A stretch of 64,000 nt of DNA, from assembly GCA_964016885.1 (NCBI GenBank), contig OZ024758.1, positions 16,244,001-16,308,000 of the forward strand. Direction: 5' to 3'. This DNA is from Eledone cirrhosa. Taxonomy: Eukaryota. The notes beneath the pieces were generated by a model that saw only the letters and a list, made by a program, of their open reading frames with translations, was not told the origin of the DNA and did not search any database. A program made the translations under genes and the position numbers. Shown here piece by piece: positions 1-12,844 of the stretch (position 1 is the stretch's first letter; each line of letters opens with the position of its first letter).

Positions 1-64
1 TATATATATATATATATATATTGTATGTGTTGTATGCGTTATATGTACGTATGTATATATATAG

Positions 65-95
<31 letters not shown>

Positions 96-1119
96 GTAAG
101 TATTTATATATATATATATGTATGTATGTATGTAAGTATTTATATATATATATATATATATATGTATGTAAGTATTTATATATATATATGTATGTAAGTA
201 TTTATATATATATATGTATGTAAGTATTTATATATATGTATGTAAGTATATATATGTATATATTTATGTATATATATATATGTATATATTTATGTATATA
301 TATATATGTAAATATTTATATATATAAATATATGTAAATATTTATATATATAAATATATGTAAATATTTATGTATATATATATATGTAAATATTTATGTA
401 TATATATATATGTAAATATTTATGTATATATATATATGTAAATATTTATGTATATATATATGTAAATATTTATGTATATATATATATGTAAATATTTATG
501 TATATATATATATGTAAATATTTATATATATATATATGTAAATATTTATATATATATATATGTAAATATTTATATATATATATGTAAATATTTATATATA
601 TATATATGTAAATATTTATATATATATATATGTAAATATTTATATATATATATATGTAAATATTTATATATATATATATGTAAATATTTATATATATATA
701 TATGTAAATATTTATATATATGTATGTAAATATTTATATATATATATGTATGTAAATATTTATATATATATATGTATGTAAATATTTATTTATATATATG
801 TATGTAAATATTTATTTATATATATGTATGTAAATATTTATTTATATATATGTATGTAAATATTTATTTATATATATGTATGTAAATATTTATTTATATA
901 TATGTATGTAAATATTTATTTATATATATGTATGTAAATATTTATTTATATATATGTATGTAAATATTTATTTATATATATGTATGTAAATATTTATTTA
1001 TATATATGTATGTAAATATTTATTTATATATATGTATGTAAATATTTATTTATATATATGTATGTAAATATTCATATGTAAATATTTGTATGTATGTATG
1101 TATGTATGTATGTATGTAT
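1..1119. repeat. (TA)n/(TATG)n microsatellite grading into a ~26-bp unit (tatgtatgtaaatatttatttatata)
   Basis: Directly visible tandem repeats. Confidence 0.95.
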
Positions 1120-1215
1120 CCATCCAAAATTAAATTAAGGGTGTTATGTCAGAGAGACATGCACTATATCCACTGTAGAATATGCTCAAAGATTCCAATG
1201 AATAGATCCGAGCAT

Positions 1216-1527
1216 TTTATATCATCTAGAAATTGATTGACATATATATACATATATCTAAAATAAACACATGAAACAATCACAGTGGTTAATTTGTAAA
1301 GTATGTAAACACACACAGCTAGGTAGGTAACTAATTAAAATTTAACTAAAACTTCAAATATAGATACCTTTTTAAAATGAATAATCATTTTAAAAGGTAT
1401 CTATATTTGAAGTTCTAGTTAAACTTTAAGCACACACAGCTAGATAGGTAACAAATTATCCCCTGTGATTGTTTCATGTTTATTTCATATATATATATAT
1501 GTCAATCAATTTCTAGTTGATATAAAT
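1216..1527. repeat. Nested palindromic (fold-back) element
   Basis: Inner arms ~1340-1380/1384-1423 (aacttcaaatatagataccttt..aaaatga / tcattttaaaaggtatctatatttgaagtt); outer arms ~1216-1286/1463-1527 (ctagaaattgattgacatata..catgaaacaatcacag and its reverse complement). Confidence 0.85.
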
Positions 1528-1541
1528 ATTTATATATAATG

Positions 1542-1575
<34 letters not shown>

Positions 1576-1703
1576 TTTATAAATATATATATATGTAAAT
1601 ATTTATTTATATGTATGTATGTATGTATGTAAATATTTATAAATATATATATATGTAAATATTTATTTGTATGTATGTATGTATGTATGCATGTATGTAT
1701 TTA

Positions 1704-1787
1704 TACTCGTTCAGCGCATCGGTAGGAGTTCTCCTACATGGATATAAAATAGTGGCCGTACTCGAAAACGAGTTGGCAGCCACCATG
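1704..1787 (-). repeat. Fragment of the dispersed repeat present in tandem at 16781-17519
   Basis: Reverse complement of catggtggctgccaactcgttttcgagtacggccact...gcgctgaacgagt at 16781 and 17198. Confidence 0.85.
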
Positions 1788-2000
1788 TGTTTATGTATGT
1801 ATGTATGTATTCATATATGTATGTGTTGTGTGTATTGTATGTGTTGTATAAGGCTTGTAATTCCTCCTATAAAGATGCTGGCGGTTACTAATTACGATAG
1901 ATCCACCTAAAGATATTCCAGCGGAATTTAGATAATAAACAAAAGTAAAGTGACTATATGAAAAGTTGTATATTTTCATTATGTGGTTTAGTTGTTTTAT

Positions 2001-2097
2001 AAAGACTGCCGTAAGGTGGAATGGCTGGTGAAGCGGATACCGCTGGTTGCTTTTCGCTTCAATGCTCTCGCCATCTTGTCTGTTAGGTGCTGCTGAA
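2001..2097 (+). pseudogene. CRE-like non-LTR retrotransposon 3' end relic
   Basis: Manual translation KDCRKVEWLVKRIPLVAFRFNALAILSVRCC* matches the xWLxQRxSxAxxRGNAxxIL terminal motif of CRE-type RLE ORFs. Confidence 0.5.
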
Positions 2098-2206
2098 ATA
2101 TGTCGGCTATCCAGACGTGTAGATTTTACATTCTCATTCCTCGCTTTTTCTTTTCCCTTCTTTTTGTGTCTCTTTTGTTATTCATAAATATAGAATCTTA
2201 GAATAT

Positions 2207-2398
2207 TGATTGGCAGTATCGGTAGAGGGTCGGACGCCATGCTTTGACGCATAGTTACGGCCCTTGCCATTTTGAATTCAAATCCCGCTGAGGTTAACTT
2301 TGCCTTTCATCCTTTCATCCTTACGGGGTCGATAAAATAAGGTACCAGTAATACACTGGAATAATTGCTAGCCTTGTGCCAAAAGTAGAAACAATTAC
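2207..2398 (+). mobile_element. tRNA-derived SINE, family B (near full length)
   Basis: A-box-like tggcagtatcgg, B-box-like ttcaaatccc, body aactttgcctttcatccttacggggtcgataaaataa, tail ccttgtgccaaaagtagaaacaatt; about 20 copies in the window. Confidence 0.85.
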
Positions 2399-2439
2399 TT
2401 GGATGGTATTTTTCTTAGCTTGAAAACCACAGGATTTCC

Positions 2440-2672
2440 GAATTATTAAAAGCCCGGAGATTGTTCGGCTGTCTCCTCTTCGCACCGGTCGCTGTCGAGG
2501 CCTCAGGCGTACTTCCGAGTTCCTCCTCAAGATCGGAACATCAGCAGCCCGTCTGAGGAAGGTGCCTCGAGAGGTGTGGTGGTTGTTGCAGCGCGCGTCG
2601 CTGGTAATTGTCCGCCGGAATGCTTTTGCGGTCTTGTCCGCAGGGCGCAGCCTCAATACCACCACGCCTTAG
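2440..2672 (+). pseudogene. CRE-like retrotransposon RLE-domain C-terminus (frameshifted)
   Basis: Translations LFAPVAVEASGVL then RTSEFLLKIGTSAARLRKVPREVWWLLQRASLVIVRRNAFAVLSAG...* resemble the FxPVAVETxG...LxQRxSxxxxRGNA end of CRE-clade ORFs. Confidence 0.65.
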
Positions 2673-3051
2673 GCCCAGAGTCCACCCCTCCTCCTCACAC
2701 TCCCCATTCTTCTGTGACCTTAGAGCCCTTGCCATTCCCTTCCTTTTTCCGTTTTCATAACCACAAATCTAATCTAATTTAATCTGTCCGAGTTTACACT
2801 CACAAATAAGAAGAACCAGGGCCGCCCTGGGAGCATTGGATTTGGTGTACTTCATATTTGTTTCGGTTGCTGAATACAATCAGGCGTCTTTGCTTCTCCT
2901 GAAGGTCAATAGTTCTCTTCTAACTCGAGCGGGAGCGCCTTTCCATTGTCAATTTGCATTGATTATCTGCAAAGCCACATTGTTCTCAGAACCACTCCAT
3001 CAGTCTTTCGATGTGTGCAGCTGGGACTACTGCCACCAATTGATTTGGTAG

Positions 3052-3198
3052 GATTGCAACTCATTTCTACAGCTGAGTAAACTGGAGCAACGTGAAATAA
3101 AATGTCTTGCTCAAGGACAGAACACATCACCCGGTCCGAGAATCGAACTCACAACCTTTCGATTGCAAGCCCAATGCTCTAACCACTAAGCCATCCAC
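3052..3198 (-). mobile_element. tRNA-derived SINE, family A
   Basis: Reverse strand reads tggcttagtggttagagcattgggcttgcaatcgaaaggttgtgagttcgattc then ccttgagcaagacattttatttcacgttgctccagtttactcagctgtagaaatgag; same family at 31030, 36413 and 48433. Confidence 0.85.
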
Positions 3199-3623
3199 CT
3201 TCATTGTGATAATTGCTGGCCTTGTGCCAAATGTATATACAACATTAACGAAAACAACCATAGTTATTTTATCCAATCGCAATAACCTTGTTGCTTCTTT
3301 AAATAGTATCAACTGTTCTACCTATTGTTGTTGTTAGAAGTTTCCTATCTTTTCTACGTGACAACCAGTCGTTGTATGTTTAAGTATTTCACCTGGCAAT
3401 CTCATGCCTTTGCATTCACTCCCACTCTACTATAGCTTTAGGTAAATCCTTGCCCATGAGTGAAAATTGAGCCTTCACAATAACCTCAAAAACACTTGAC
3501 TATTCAATGTAACCCTACTTTCTGTATTGAGTACTGTTTTTTTATTTGCTTACATATGTTCAATATTTGAATAAACCTGTTAAACAGTTTGTAATATAAG
3601 CAAGCTTGTCAGAGATTATGAAT

Positions 3624-3815
3624 AACCACCACCAACACCTGCACCACCACTATAACAACCACCACCACCAACACCTGCACCACCACTATAACAACCACCA
3701 CCACTATAACAACCACCACCACCACCACCACTATAACAACCACCACCACCAACACCTGCACCACCACCACCACCAACACCTGCACCACCACTATAACAAA
3801 CACCACCACCACCAC
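3624..3815. repeat. (CAC/CAA)-based compound minisatellite
   Basis: Repeated caccaccaccaacacctgcaccaccactataacaac units. Confidence 0.9.
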
Positions 3816-4017
3816 AATTCAAATTTATAATCTGATTTGAGCTGCTGTGTGTTTTCAAACAGTTGAAAATAGGCTGTCTATCAACTTTTCAGCCGATCTT
3901 CGTACAAAGTGTTTCTGCTATGGCTTGTTGACGTACGTTTTTTTCAGTTGAACCATATATATATATATATATATATATGTGTATATATATATGTATATAT
4001 ATTGTAAGTATGTGTAA

Positions 4018-4051
<34 letters not shown>

Positions 4052-4297
4052 CTAATCTCCTTCATGCCGACATATATATTTTTTTTGGTTCAATACTTGC
4101 TTATATATATATATGACACACACACATATATATATATATATACATGTATAGATATATACAGATATGTAAACATGTATAGATACATACACACACACACACA
4201 CATTTATATAAACATATCGATACATACATACATATATATATATATACACATATAAACATATAGATACATACATATATATATATATATACATATAAAC

Positions 4298-4329
<32 letters not shown>

Positions 4330-4499
4330 TATATATTATTATATTATATGCGTGTTATCTATAAGCAACACCACTCGTTATCTGGAACAGGGAAGATATA
4401 TAAACCATTGATACGAATGCTTTGTTTAGGAATCAATCTTTCGACGCTCAAGTATATACAATACATAAAATTTCTTTGGCCAAGTTCCATCTTCATATC

Positions 4500-5060
4500 A
4501 CTGAAAATTGTTTTCTAAATGCAGTTGATTCGCAGCATTGTATATAATTCTAATATAGATATTTAGATAGTTCACAAAGAAAATATTGGTTACTTTAGCG
4601 TTTCTTACAGTTGTTGATCCTAGCATATAATAATTAGATATTTAGATCTTTGCGAAGGAATTTGGTGGTTTTGGTGCCAAAATAAACAGAGGCACAGTCG
4701 GACTGTCTCCTTGGAAAGCCATTTCTCAAAGATTTATAATTTCAGAGATAATCGTTGTACATTTAGTTAAGAAGATGGGGATACTTGACCTGGGGGTCTA
4801 TAAACACCCAGTAGTAGAGAATTAGGTAATATGTACTTTTTAAAAATGCAATGATTCCAGTAACAATAAATATGGAATGAATTAAACTGTGTTTTTCTAA
4901 AGAAGCTATACTGTTACAAGATAAGTAGCCTTTTTTTCTTTTGCTATAAACACCAGTGATATTAAACGAAACTTGAGTTCAGCACGTATTCTTATATTCC
5001 CATTTGATGGTTGATCAATCTTAAATATATTTTATAGCCATTTTAAATTGAAAGTAAAGT
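4500..5060 (-). pseudogene. Possible highly decayed Penelope-like element RT/linker relic
   Basis: Scattered minus-strand peptides (NFTFN; TGVYSKEK..YL..S; PPxxxFAxxxNI) in the order expected for PLE RT motifs 6-7 and linker; many stops and shifts. Confidence 0.3.
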
Positions 5061-5439
5061 TACTGAGTTAAAGCGAAATCGTACGGATGGTGCGGTGCCA
5101 AACTGTACTAGCTTTAAAACAGAAAGTGATATACCATTTCAAATGTATTGCATGAATCAGAGCTCTTAAAATGAAGAAACCGAGAAACCTCACGGATAAT
5201 AAATAAATCTAAGACAAGAATTTCTTTTAGTTCTCCACGACAGTATTCTACACTCCAACTAAAAATACGAAGAACATGTTCCAAATATGTACAAATACAA
5301 TATATTGTGTAACATTTATAGCTAGAGTACAATGGCGCTTTCCTTTTTCTTTGACAATTCCACAGCAATGTCTAAAGCCATTATTGATTATAATCAAAAT
5401 ACAAAGAACCTCCCCACAAAACACAGGTGTGTGTGTATG

Positions 5440-5491
<52 letters not shown>

Positions 5492-5629
5492 TATATGTAT
5501 ATATATATTGTCAGATCTGTCGACTCTCCCCATCCGACGGTGGGATCTCCCACCCAGTTTAGGGTGGGTGAGAGATGTCTTCTCTTATGGAAATGGGTAT
5601 AGCTTTCATTAATCTCGCCGAGGTTAACT

Positions 5630-5720
5630 TTGCCTTTCATCCTTACGGGGCTCGATAAAATAAAGTACCAGTAATGTACTGGGTAATTGCTGGCCTTGTG
5701 CCAATAGTAGAAACAATTAT
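5630..5720 (+). mobile_element. SINE family B, 3' part
   Basis: Matches the body and tail of the 2207 copy. Confidence 0.85.
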
Positions 5721-5841
5721 GTAAAATCACCCCATTTTGTCTCATTTCTTCGTTTGGGGCACTTTTTTTACATGGTACACCTTGTTTGAGTTTTTATAGA
5801 TTGGCAGGTTTGCAGGTATATCACACGAAGTTAATCTAACA

Positions 5842-6379
5842 CAGGGGCGTGCAACAGGGGGCCCGCGGGCCACAATCCAGCCCCACAAACCAGTCAGTGT
5901 CCCGCGATGACCGTTTTTAATATTTACCTTGTACGCTTATTTAGAATTTTTTTTTGTAACCGTAATACAATTTTCTGTTAGTGGACCAATACTAAAGGGC
6001 TTCCCTGATAGGGTTATGTGTGTTATAATTTCCCAGTTGACCTATACTAAAGGGCTTCCCTGATAGGGTTATGTGTGTTATAATTTCCCAGTTCCATGTT
6101 ATGGAAAGAAGTTGTGGTTTTGACCAATACTAAAGGGCTTCACTGATAGGGTTATGTCTGTTATAATTTCCCAGTTCCATGTTATGGAAAGAAGTTGAGG
6201 TTTTGACCTATACTAAAGGGCTTCACTGATAGGGTTATGTCTGTTATAATTTCCCAGTTCCATGTTATGGAAAGAAGTTGTGGTGAATCTTTGGAATAGG
6301 GCTTAATAAATATTAATGGCTCTAATAGTTGTTCAATGTTCAAAAGTAGCCCGCCAATGGAATATATTGCACACCCCTT
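5842..6379. mobile_element. Non-autonomous hAT-type DNA transposon (MITE) with internal ~83-bp tandem repeat
   Basis: TIRs aggggcgtgcaa / ttgcacacccct; subterminal ggcccgcgggcc; imperfect 8-bp TSD atctaaca / ctctaacg; four internal units at 5984-6284. Confidence 0.7.
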
Positions 6380-6605
6380 CTCTAACGCTTACAAATTCTA
6401 TCTTTACCATAGAGTTCTTGGCAAATTTTATTTGGATATGAACTACATATATTGACAGACGTTTATTAATTCCACTCAATGCCATGGGCTCCACAGGTAA
6501 GGTGAATCGATCCACGACTACAATGAACTGCGATGACGAAAAGCGGAACAGTCAGCAATGAAAGAACTGCTTCAACATAGCTTTAACGGTTACAAAGTAA
6601 AATAC

Positions 6606-6651
<46 letters not shown>

Positions 6652-7871
6652 ATCTAGGGCCTGTGATATATGTATGTATGTATATACATATAGGCACATA
6701 CACACACATATTTAGTGTGGGGGAAATAAACGATAAACGATGATGATGATAGATATATAACATTAAGCATGTTGTCCTAATAAACGTTAACACTAAATAA
6801 CAAAAGAACTTATGTATGTATGTATTATGTACGTACTTCACTAGATATCGAGTCCTCTTTATATGTATATATGTGTTCGAGTGTGTGTGTATATATGTAG
6901 GTAGGTCATTATATATCGAAGTATATGTTTATTTGTATCTGTGTGTATACGTGGGTTTTGTATGTTTGCGAATCTATATAACTTTTCTTTTATAGATAGA
7001 AATATGCCGCGGCTGTTTGCGCACAAAAGTAATTAAGTTATTTTCTATCAAGGTTTTTATATTTAGTCTTATGATCTGAACTGTCGACATCATCTGAACT
7101 TAAAATCTGTTTGAAAGCATCTTAAGTAGCGACGTAAAGACGATGATGGCATTCTCAATAAAATGGCCCGTTTCGTTTAAGTAAGAAAACAATTACGGTT
7201 AGTCAGAACAATTTACAAAATTGGCAACATTTCATATGTGTTTGCTTCCTTTTCATTTCAATAAGGCTGCAAATATAATTGACCTCTTTGTTATTTTGTA
7301 TTGTCACAGGATGTCGGATTTTTAATGCTTCATAACCTAGCTGTTATTGAAATATTTTTTTATTTTATTTTATTTTATTTACGCAGATATATAGAACTTT
7401 CAGTGAAGTTTTTATCTGTTCTGAAAAAACTACAACAAAAAATAAACAATGTTTTCTTTTATCATTGCACAACGGGAATATATAAGCAAATTGTTCATGC
7501 AGAATAGCAAAGCGTAGGCGTAGCCAATATATGTGTGGTTAATGAGTTCGCTTTCGGGAACAATCAATAAAGTATTAATTCAAGGGTGTTTGAATATTGA
7601 GGTTATTAAAATGTTGGACAGAATGCTTTACGGTAACTTTTCCGGCCAAGTCAGTTTAGTGTTCAAATCCTAGATCCTGTCATTCGAAAAACCGTGTCTC
7701 TTTTGCCATGAGATGCAACTGGCAGATAGTACAAGGAATGGAAAGATCAACAGAAGCATAATTTCTATCGTACGATGCGATGATCGGCTTCTATTTGGTA
7801 TGGAGAAGCCTTGTACTAAAGAACCATCAGTTATGGCTAAAGCTGTGAAGTCTTCCACTCATCAATTTCAA

Positions 7872-8238
7872 TTCTTCTTATTAACAACTGCATTATTTCT
7901 TTCCAATGACTGTTGAAAAATAAACCTCATTTGGTCATTCCATGAGAGTAACTTGGTCAGCCAATAAACTCTTCTTATTAATAACTGCATCGTTTCTTTC
8001 TAGGGACTATGTTGAAAAATAAACCTCATTTGGTCATTCCATGATAGTATCTTGGTCAGCCAATGAACTCTTATTAACTGCATTGTTTCTTTCCAGAGAC
8101 TATTGAAAGATAAACCTGATTTGGTCATTTCATTATAGTATCTTGGTCAGCGTACGAATTCTTATTAACTGCATTGTTTATTTCCAGAGACAATCATGTG
8201 GTAATTTCACGAGAGTATCTTAGTCAGCTTATGAACTT
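7872..8238. repeat. ~91-99-bp tandem repeat, about 4 diverged units
   Basis: cttattaa(ta)ctgcattgtttctttccagagact..aaacctcatttggtcattccatga..cttggtcagc recurs at ~7875, 7974, 8070, 8161; related motif again at ~8358. Confidence 0.85.
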
Positions 8239-9339
8239 TTCAATTGACACTCGTATGTATGTGTGCATCTATATATGGTAGACTGGAAAGTTCATAGTCT
8301 GACTATGAAGGAGTGATGCTAAGGCAGTGAAATCTTGCATGCATTAATTTTAATTCTTCTTGTTAATAACTGTATTGTCTCTTTCCAGGGGAAAAAAAAA
8401 CTGGTGGAGCCCATTTCCTCTCCAGGTCTGAATACAATAGATTTCTTGCTGAGAAAGGAAGTGAGGAGGAGATATCGAAGAATCGATCCCAGTACCAGAT
8501 TGATAGTCTTTTTTATCGACCTTGAATGGAGGAAAGTCAAAATTGACCTGGGTGTTTGAAACTAAAACCAAAACGCTAAATCAAAGACTAAAAGGTTGGA
8601 GTACCATACCAGATTTATATAATTTCACATTGAAGGGTAACTCTATTTTCCACCAAGTCGTACCTGCTGTAGAAAAAACAACAAATATAAGTTGACAGAA
8701 TGTAGAAACAACGGAAGGCGACGGAAACATTAACCAAACACATTAAATATTATGTAAAAGCAAAACTAAAGACATTAATTATGTCATTAGCAACTGCGAG
8801 AGACAATATATAATATAATATGATAAGAAAATAAGAGGGAAATTAAATAATGGCATATGTTTGTTTTAAAAGACTATTACAGGATTCTGGAATTGTTTCA
8901 TTGTTGAAATATAAAAAAAAAACATAACACACGCACGTACACACGCACACGCGCGTACACATATGCGCACACGTACACACACATACACACACATACACAC
9001 ACAGCCGCACACAGCCACACACAGCCACACACAACCATACAGTCACACACAGCCACACAGCCACGCGCACACGCACACGCACACGCACACACGCGCACGC
9101 GCAATAATAATAATAATGCTTTCTTTAATAACCACGGGTTTACATAAAGTTGACATTAAGGACAGTACAGGACGGTACAAATGGGCATTTCTGCGTGTAA
9201 AAAAACAAAAACAGAGGGTGTAACAAAAAAAAAATAACAATGAAAAATTCCCCAATAGGGGGGAGACTTCCGAGGGACATTTGTGGAGAACGCTCATTAA
9301 AAAGCCACAGGGCAAGTGCCCTCTCCCAGTTTTCCACCT

Positions 9340-10310
9340 TTAATTTACAGACACATACTCAGAGTAGGTCCATTCACTCGGGCCATACTTGCTTCTCTCA
9401 CCCATCTTTCAACAAAATGCTGGGAAGGGAGCACTTCCCTCTCTACCCTGATTTTCCTTTTGAAAAGAAATTGAAAAAGTTAATCAGGGCATCACCGAAG
9501 AGGTAAGTGTTCGTCTTCAGCCCTTTCAAACGTGTCCACCATACTATCTCTTTCGCCATGGCCACCAGACAGATAAAAACTGCGTGCCCTTCCCGGCTAA
9601 AAGAGGGCGGGGCAATCCTCACGATGGACTCAGCTGATAGCTGGATCCGTTTTACACGTGACAGCAGGTGTTCGACATAAACCCACAAGTCAGCAATGCT
9701 CGGGCACTGGACGAGTGCGTGCAGGACGGTTTCGTCGCCTTGCGCGCATCTCGGATATGCCCAGCTGACGGCACCTCCATACCTGTAGAGTTTATCCCGA
9801 ACTGGCAAAGCTCCTCGGTAGCACTGCCAGGCCAGGGATTTCTGGAAGTTGTCCATAGGCCCCCGGCGCCAAAGTTCTTCCGAAGAGATTGGCTAGTTGA
9901 TTTTTGTCGACGCATAGTTTCTCCAAGTACGTCGTCGCTCTTCCCCTCCACTAATCCTCTATAGAACGCCAAGGTGGAGTTTCCCCCGATCACATTGCCC
10001 GATTGGTCGAGGGCTGTGAGCACCTGGAGACATTCCAGTCTCCAAGCGCTCCCTCTCGGTCTTCGCTTGACCCAGGACTGCAGCTCCGTCAAGGAGACGA
10101 GCTGGGGAAAGACGCGTCTAGCAAACGGCGACTACACCTGATCACCGTCGCGGAAGAGGTGGAGATGTCGTAGCCTGAGCGCGTGTCTGCGCATCATCAG
10201 CCACAGGATGCCCAGCCCTCCACGTAGCGGGTCTTGACAGCAGATGGACCGCCTGATCATCGGAGCGCGTCCCTTCCACAAAAAGCGAAAGAGCAAACGC
10301 TCCAGCGCAG
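9340..10310 (-). pseudogene. LINE ORF2 C-terminus (thumb and zinc-binding region), unit 1
   Basis: ORFs 9443-9856 and 9652-10092: AWQCYRGALPVRDKLYR..ETVLHALVQCPSIADLW. Confidence 0.85.
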
Positions 10311-10662
10311 TCGACCCTATCGAAAGCTTTCGACTGATCTAAATTGATCAATGACCCACGCGTGCCAGGTTCCCTAGCTACCCTCTCTACGATGTATCGC
10401 ATGAGATGGAGGTTGTCGTGGATGGATTTGTCGGGAATGGCGCATGATTGCGCCTCTCCCACCAGACCACCAACGACAAGCACCAACCTCTTTGCTAGCA
10501 CCTTGGCCAAAATCTTGAACTCTGTGTTTAGAAGAGTTATGGGCCTGAAATTATCTATGTTATCCCCCTTGTTCGGATCCTTTCTCAGCAGCATCACATC
10601 TCCTCGGCTCTCAGATCTGGGAATTCTCCCGTTCTGTTGCCAGTTGAAGTAGACGTCCGCAC
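10311..10662 (-). pseudogene. LINE RT N-terminal fragment (motifs 1-3), unit 1
   Basis: ORF 10142-10597: NFRPITLLNTEFKILAKVLAKRL..HDNL..LDQSKAFDRV; the YADD region is missing. Confidence 0.9.
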
Positions 10663-11893
10663 TGGGGTGGGTAAGAGAAGTGGCCTCAACCTTTTAGCCT
10701 GAGGGCAGAAGGCCCTTAGGTGGGTTTCTTCACCACAAACGACACACCTAGGCATTCTGCCCTCGACAATTACGGTGAGGTGGTTGCCGTCAGTGAGGTC
10801 TATTACCTCTGGGATCTCCTCAATGCTTTTTTTGGTCCGCTTGGATCAGGAGCTCCATTCCAGATCCAGACCAGTTCTGCTGCTTTTCTTTCGCTATTTC
10901 TATTATCTTTGTGTTGGCTTCGATGCCGGCGAGGACGGCAGCCATTAGCCAGGGAATTTCGATGGCCGGTGGAACGTGGGTCACCCTGATATTCACGAGT
11001 CTCTGGCCACAATAGCTTGGGACGAGTGTGAAGTCGTCACTTCTTAGTGGGGCCATGGAGTGTTCTCAGGCCTCCTGTGGTGTTTCAAAGAACACGTCCA
11101 CGGTTCCATATTTCTGCCCACGTCTGATGTGGTTTTTTTTTGCTCACAGATGTCCCAAAGCTTTTTGGATTTGGGACACGGATGCCTGTTCCACTCGGCG
11201 CGATTTTATGTTAATCGTCCGATAAGACGCGCTCCATTTTATTAGGTGGGGGGATCCGTCCTACACGCGACAGCAGGTGTTCGACATAAATCCACAAGTC
11301 AGCTGGACGGTTTCGTCGCCCTGCGCGCATCTCGGACATGCCCGGTTGACGGCACCTCCATGCCTGTAGAGTTTATCCTGAACTGGCAAAGCTCCTCGGT
11401 AGCACTGCCAGGCCAGGGATTTCTAGAAGTTGTCCATAGGCTCCCGGCCCGAAAGTTCTTCCGAAGAGATTGGCTAGTTGATTTTCGTCGACGCCTAGAG
11501 TTTCTCCAAGTACGTCGTCGCTCTTCCCCTCCACTAATCCTCTATAGAACGCCTAGGTGAAGTTTCCACCAATCACATTGTCCGATTGGTCGAGGGCTGT
11601 GAGCGCCTGAAGACATTCCAGTCTCCAAGCGCTCCCTCTCGGTCTTCGCTTGACCCAGGACTGCAGCTCCGTCAAGGAGACGAGCTGGGGAAATACGTGT
11701 CTAGCAAACGGCGACCACACCTGATCACCGTCGAGGAAGAGGTGGAGATGTCGTAGCCTGAGCGCATGTCTGCGTATCATCAGCCACGGCATGCCTAGCC
11801 CTCCACGTAGCGGGTGTTGACAGCAGATGGACCGCCTGACCATCGGAGCGCGTCCCTTCCACAAAAAGCGAAAGAGCAAACGCTCCAGCGCAG

Positions 11894-12238
11894 TCGACCC
11901 TATCGAAAGCTTTCGACTGATCTAAATTGATCAAGGACCCACCCGTGCCAGGTTCCCTAGCTACCCTCTCTACGATGTATCGCATGAGGTGGAGGTTGTC
12001 GTGGATGGATCTGTCGGGAATGGCGCATGTCTGCGCCTCTCCCACCAGACCACCAACGACAAGCGCCAACCTCTTTGCTAGCACCTTGGCCAAAATCTTG
12101 AACTCTGTGTTTAGCAGAGTTATGGGCCTGAAATTATCTATGTTATCCCCCTTGTTCGGATCCTTTCTCAGCAGCACCACAGCTCCTCGGAGCTGGGAAT
12201 TCTCCCGTTCTGTTGCCAGTTGCAGTAGACGTCCGCAC
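11894..12238 (-). pseudogene. LINE RT N-terminal fragment, unit 2
   Basis: ORF 11725-12180 is a near-identical copy of the unit 1 fragment. Confidence 0.9.
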
Positions 12239-12844
12239 TGGGGTGGGTAAGAGAAGTGGCCTCAACCTTTTAGCCTGAGGGCAGAAAGCCCTTAGGTGGG
12301 TTCCTTCACGACAAACGACACACCTAGGCATTCTGCCCTCGACGATTACGGTGAGGTGGTTGCCGTCAGTGAGGTCTATTACCTCTGGGATCTCCTCAAT
12401 GCTTTTTTGGGGTCGGCTTGGATCAGGAGCTCCATCCCAGATCCAGACCAGTTCTGCTGCTTTTCTTTCGCTATTTCTATTATCTTTGTGTTGGCTTCGA
12501 TGCCGGCGAGGACGGCAGCCATTAGCCAGGGAATTTCGATGGCCGGTGGAACGTGGGTCACCCTGATATTCACGAGTCTCTGGCCACAATAGCTTGGGAC
12601 GAGTGTCAAGTCGTCACTTCTTAATGGGGCCATGGAGTGTTCTCGGGTCTCCTGTGGTGTTTCAAAGAACACGTCCACGGTTCCATATTTCTGCCCACGT
12701 CTGATGTGGGGTTTTTTTGCCCACAGATGTCCCAAAGCTTTTTGGATTTGGGACACGGATGCCTGTTCCACTCGGCGCGATTTTATGTTAATCGTCCGAT
12801 AAGACACGCTGCATAGGCGCCGAAGCTCCATTTTATTAGGTGGG
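12239..12844 (-). pseudogene. LINE ORF1 fragment with CCHC zinc knuckle (second copy at ~10663-11251)
   Basis: ORFs 12379-12888 and 12143-12589: YRTINIKSRRVEQ..VPSYCGQR..VEGRMPRCVVCREGTHLRAFCPQ. Confidence 0.85.

Noticed and set aside
3606-3858. His-rich or Gly-rich protein ORFs
   Set aside because: All frames are products of a CAC-based simple repeat; no supporting splice or flanking coding signal.
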